This document shows positions 61,865-64,000 of a stretch of DNA of 64,000 nucleotides, piece after piece. The DNA is from Polyangiaceae bacterium (GTDB taxonomy: Bacteria > Myxococcota_A > Polyangia > Polyangiales > Polyangiaceae). The stretch lies in the NCBI GenBank assembly GCA_050287085.1, contig JBNKBE010000006.1, positions 138,381-202,380 of the forward strand. Direction: 5' to 3'. A model generated the notes under the pieces. That model had not been told where the DNA came from. It saw only the letters and a list, made by a program, of their open reading frames with translations, and made no database searches. Position numbers and translations under genes: made by a program. Every line of letters starts with the position of its first letter. Within the stretch, counting starts at the first letter, position 1.

Positions 61865-62041
61865 ATGCCATCCCCCCGCTCACTACTCTTCGCCGGCGCC
61901 GTATTGGGCCCCCTCGGTGTCGTATTGTGCCTGATTGCCCCCGAAACACTCGGGGCCAGCGTGTTGCTTGTCGGATTGGTGTGTGGCGTGCTGGGGCTAC
62001 ATCGCTTCGGGCGACGGGGTCCCGACACGACAGCCCAGTAG
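61865..62041 (+). CDS. Small two-TM membrane protein (58 aa)
   Basis: MPSPRSLLFAGAVLGPLGVVLCLI-APE-LGASVLLVGLVCGVLGLHRFGR.GPD; fills an otherwise empty gap. Confidence 0.6.
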   Translation: MPSPRSLLFAGAVLGPLGVVLCLIAPETLGASVLLVGLVCGVLGLHRFGRRGPDTTAQ

Positions 62042-62074
62042 GGCCTCGCCGCTAGGAGCCGGACGCCACGCCCG

Positions 62075-63037
62075 TCAGGTCTCGCTGCGCAGAACCGCAA
62101 TCGCCACCCCTTCGCCGAGCGCTGGGGCCCTGGCGACGCCGAGCCCAAAGCTGCGCCCCGTAATCTCGAGCGCGGCAGAAAAGGTCCCTTCGCTCAGCGC
62201 CGCGACCGGATCTAGCGCCGCAATCGCCTGCGCATTCACTTCCGGCGAAGGACCGGTACCGTAGACCTTCTGGCCAACTACAACGAAAACGTAGACCAGC
62301 GGCCGCTTGCCCTCCTCGGTGTCGGCAATCCGCGTTGCAAGGGCAGCTTCCAACCTCCGGCAATAGAGGGACCACGCCCAGCCCGTTAGATAGACGCCTT
62401 TTGGCTTCTGCGTATCGTCTGGTCGAATACCGACGGCTGCCACCCATTGCGCGTCCGGCTTGCCCTTGACGCCATTGGCGGGCGCAAAGCTCCCGAGTGT
62501 CTCCTTATACCGACCGTTCTCACCAACGTCCCGCAACGACGCCCACGCCGAATGGAAGTTCTCACCCGCCATGAGGTCCTGCGACTGGTCATTGCGAATG
62601 ATGGTGCCGTCTGGGGTCGCAACCGCAAAGAAGGTCGACTTGGCGAGCCGCAGCTCCAACACCTTGAGGCGGGCCCGCTCGAGGGCCGCCTGCGCTGCCT
62701 GGGGGTCTCGAGACGCGTCTTTGTCGTCTGCAAACAGAATCCGCAGTTCACGTTCACCCAGAGGTAGCCCCGTCCGGACTTCCTGAACGTCTGCCGCCGC
62801 GACCGGAACCAGATACTCGGCGTGGGCCAGGGCCAAAGTGCGGCTCTTCTTGACCGTGTCCTCACAACCAAAGGCAAGAAAAGCCGCCGTCGCCACACAC
62901 ACGTCGCGACGGGTAGGAAAGCCGTCGCGCCCCGTGTTCGGGCCATAGGCGGAACGATTCCAACTCGCCCACCCCCGACTCGACGCCAGCACCCGGCTCC
63001 GAGCCGCATGCTCGTGACCGCATTTGTTCCGTTTCAT
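62075..63037 (-). CDS. Hypothetical lipoprotein, possible Tat substrate with Cache-like fold
   Basis: PTRRDVCVATAAFLAFG-C signal; AVATPDGTIIRND..DL.AG.NF Cache-like pattern. Confidence 0.6.
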   Translation of the reverse strand: MKRNKCGHEHAARSRVLASSRGWASWNRSAYGPNTGRDGFPTRRDVCVATAAFLAFGCEDTVKKSRTLALAHAEYLVPVAAADVQEVRTGLPLGERELRILFADDKDASRDPQAAQAALERARLKVLELRLAKSTFFAVATPDGTIIRNDQSQDLMAGENFHSAWASLRDVGENGRYKETLGSFAPANGVKGKPDAQWVAAVGIRPDDTQKPKGVYLTGWAWSLYCRRLEAALATRIADTEEGKRPLVYVFVVVGQKVYGTGPSPEVNAQAIAALDPVAALSEGTFSAALEITGRSFGLGVARAPALGEGVAIAVLRSET

Positions 63038-63096
63038 CGACCCTCATTCCTTCCTACTCAAAAGCGGCCACAAGGTGCACGGACCCGCAGCTGCAC

Positions 63097-63999
63097 CTAA
63101 AGGTTGCGCGCAGCGGCGAGTACTTCCGCGGTGTGCCCGGCGACACGCACGCCGCGCCAAACAGCCCGAACCTTACCCGACGCGTCCACCAAGAAGGTGG
63201 AACGGACGATGCCCATGTACTCGCGCCCGTAGTTCTTCTTCAATTGCCACACCCCTAGAGCCTTTGCCAGTGCTTGCTCCGTGTCGGCCAAGAGCGAATA
63301 CCCAAGAGAGTACTTCTCGTCGAACTTTCCATGCGTGGCCGTTGTGCCCGGGCTGATCCCCAAAACACGCACCCCCAGGGCCTCAAACTCGGCACCTTCA
63401 TCGCGAAAGCCGCAGGCCTCCTTAGTGCAGCCAGGGGTATCCGCCTTGGGAAAGAAGAACAATACGTAGGCCGCTCCGAGAAGCGACGCCCCGGTGACTG
63501 CAACATTCCCCTGATCGAGCAGCTCGAACTCTGGCATGGCGTCCCCTGCGGAGATGGCGTCCCCTGCGGAGATCGCATCGCTCGCCGTCTCGCTTTGAGA
63601 CGCGGCAGCTGCCTTGCCACGCTGGCTGCGCTTCGCCTCCCCCGTGTCGCGGGCCTGGACGGAAGGTGATGCCGCCGCGTCAACGGCTTCTTCTGCCAAC
63701 GCGCTGGGGCGCCCCACTCTCTTTGCAGTGGCCTTCTTCGCAGTCGCCTTCTTCGCAGTCGCCTTCTTCGCAGTCGCCTTCTTCGCAGTGGCCTTCTTCG
63801 CAGTCGCCTTCTTCGCAGTGGCCTTCTTCGCAGTGGCCTTCTTCGCAGTCGCCTTCTTCGCAGTCGCCTTCTTCGCAGTCGCCTTCTTCGCAGTCGCCTT
63901 CTTCGCAGTCGCCTTCTTCGCAGTGGCCTTCTTCGCAGTGGCCTTCGCAGTCTTCTGCTTAGAGCCGCCGTTCTTGGTCGCTGCCTTCTTGGTGCGGCT
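63097..63999 (-). CDS. bcp: BCP/PrxQ peroxiredoxin with N-terminal histone-H1-like Lys/Ala repeat (5'-truncated by window edge)
   Basis: [35 protein letters not shown]; the frame stays open from 63999 through the (KKATA)n tract into the domain. Confidence 0.9.
   Translation of the reverse strand, partial: SRTKKAATKNGGSKQKTAKATAKKATAKKATAKKATAKKATAKKATAKKATAKKATAKKATAKKATAKKATAKKATAKKATAKKATAKKATAKRVGRPSALAEEAVDAAASPSVQARDTGEAKRSQRGKAAAASQSETASDAISAGDAISAGDAMPEFELLDQGNVAVTGASLLGAAYVLFFFPKADTPGCTKEACGFRDEGAEFEALGVRVLGISPGTTATHGKFDEKYSLGYSLLADTEQALAKALGVWQLKKNYGREYMGIVRSTFLVDASGKVRAVWRGVRVAGHTAEVLAAARNL
63725..63946 (-). repeat. 15-bp tandem repeat encoding (KKATA)n
   Basis: 14 full units of gcagt(g/c)gccttcttc plus one partial unit. 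Confidence 0.95.
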
Positions 64000-64000
64000 C

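Noticed and set aside
63725..63946. Tandem array as a CRISPR, or the plus-strand (QSPSS)n ORF 63666-63962 as a gene
   Set aside because: Contiguous 15-bp units with no spacers and no cas genes. Variation falls at the synonymous Ala position of the minus-strand KKATA frame, so the plus ORF is its shadow.

Overview
GC-rich, gene-dense chromosomal segment. The gene repertoire suggests a myxobacterium, probably Polyangiales/Sorangiineae (inference): PEGA, zinc-ribbon/GYF_2, DUF4388-type and Hanks kinase proteins, Cys-rich lipoproteins with DAG/GG linkers, and a PilR-like regulator beside pilins. About 50 CDSs are supported. Housekeeping genes: argB, RluA-family synthase, purH, darP/yjgA, pabB/trpE-like, pyrR, pyrB, murI, hom, lon, fmt. 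Other loci: a three-pilin cluster divergent from a sigma-54 activator, a J-domain/TPR-DnaK-wHTH module, a Zn-finger-ParA plus ribbon-helix-helix pair, a sigma70-region-4-only protein, a membrane patatin and a DUF4159-vWA/GATase-HEAT operon. I found no tRNA, rRNA, CRISPR array, transposase or prophage gene. The strongest observations: (1) a BCP peroxiredoxin fused in frame to a long histone-H1-like (KKATA)n tail that the ORF track misses; (2) an orphan metal-finger ParA coupled to an RHH protein; (3) a DnaK flanked by two genes sharing one winged-helix module, with an HLD J-domain; (4) several apparent pseudoenzymes (GlgA-like, alpha/beta hydrolase, rhomboid); (5) recurrent -10-like hexamers 6-9 nt before start codons, suggesting leaderless mRNAs. 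All family calls come from motif recognition by eye; no searches were run. Several start codons are re-assigned relative to the ORF track.
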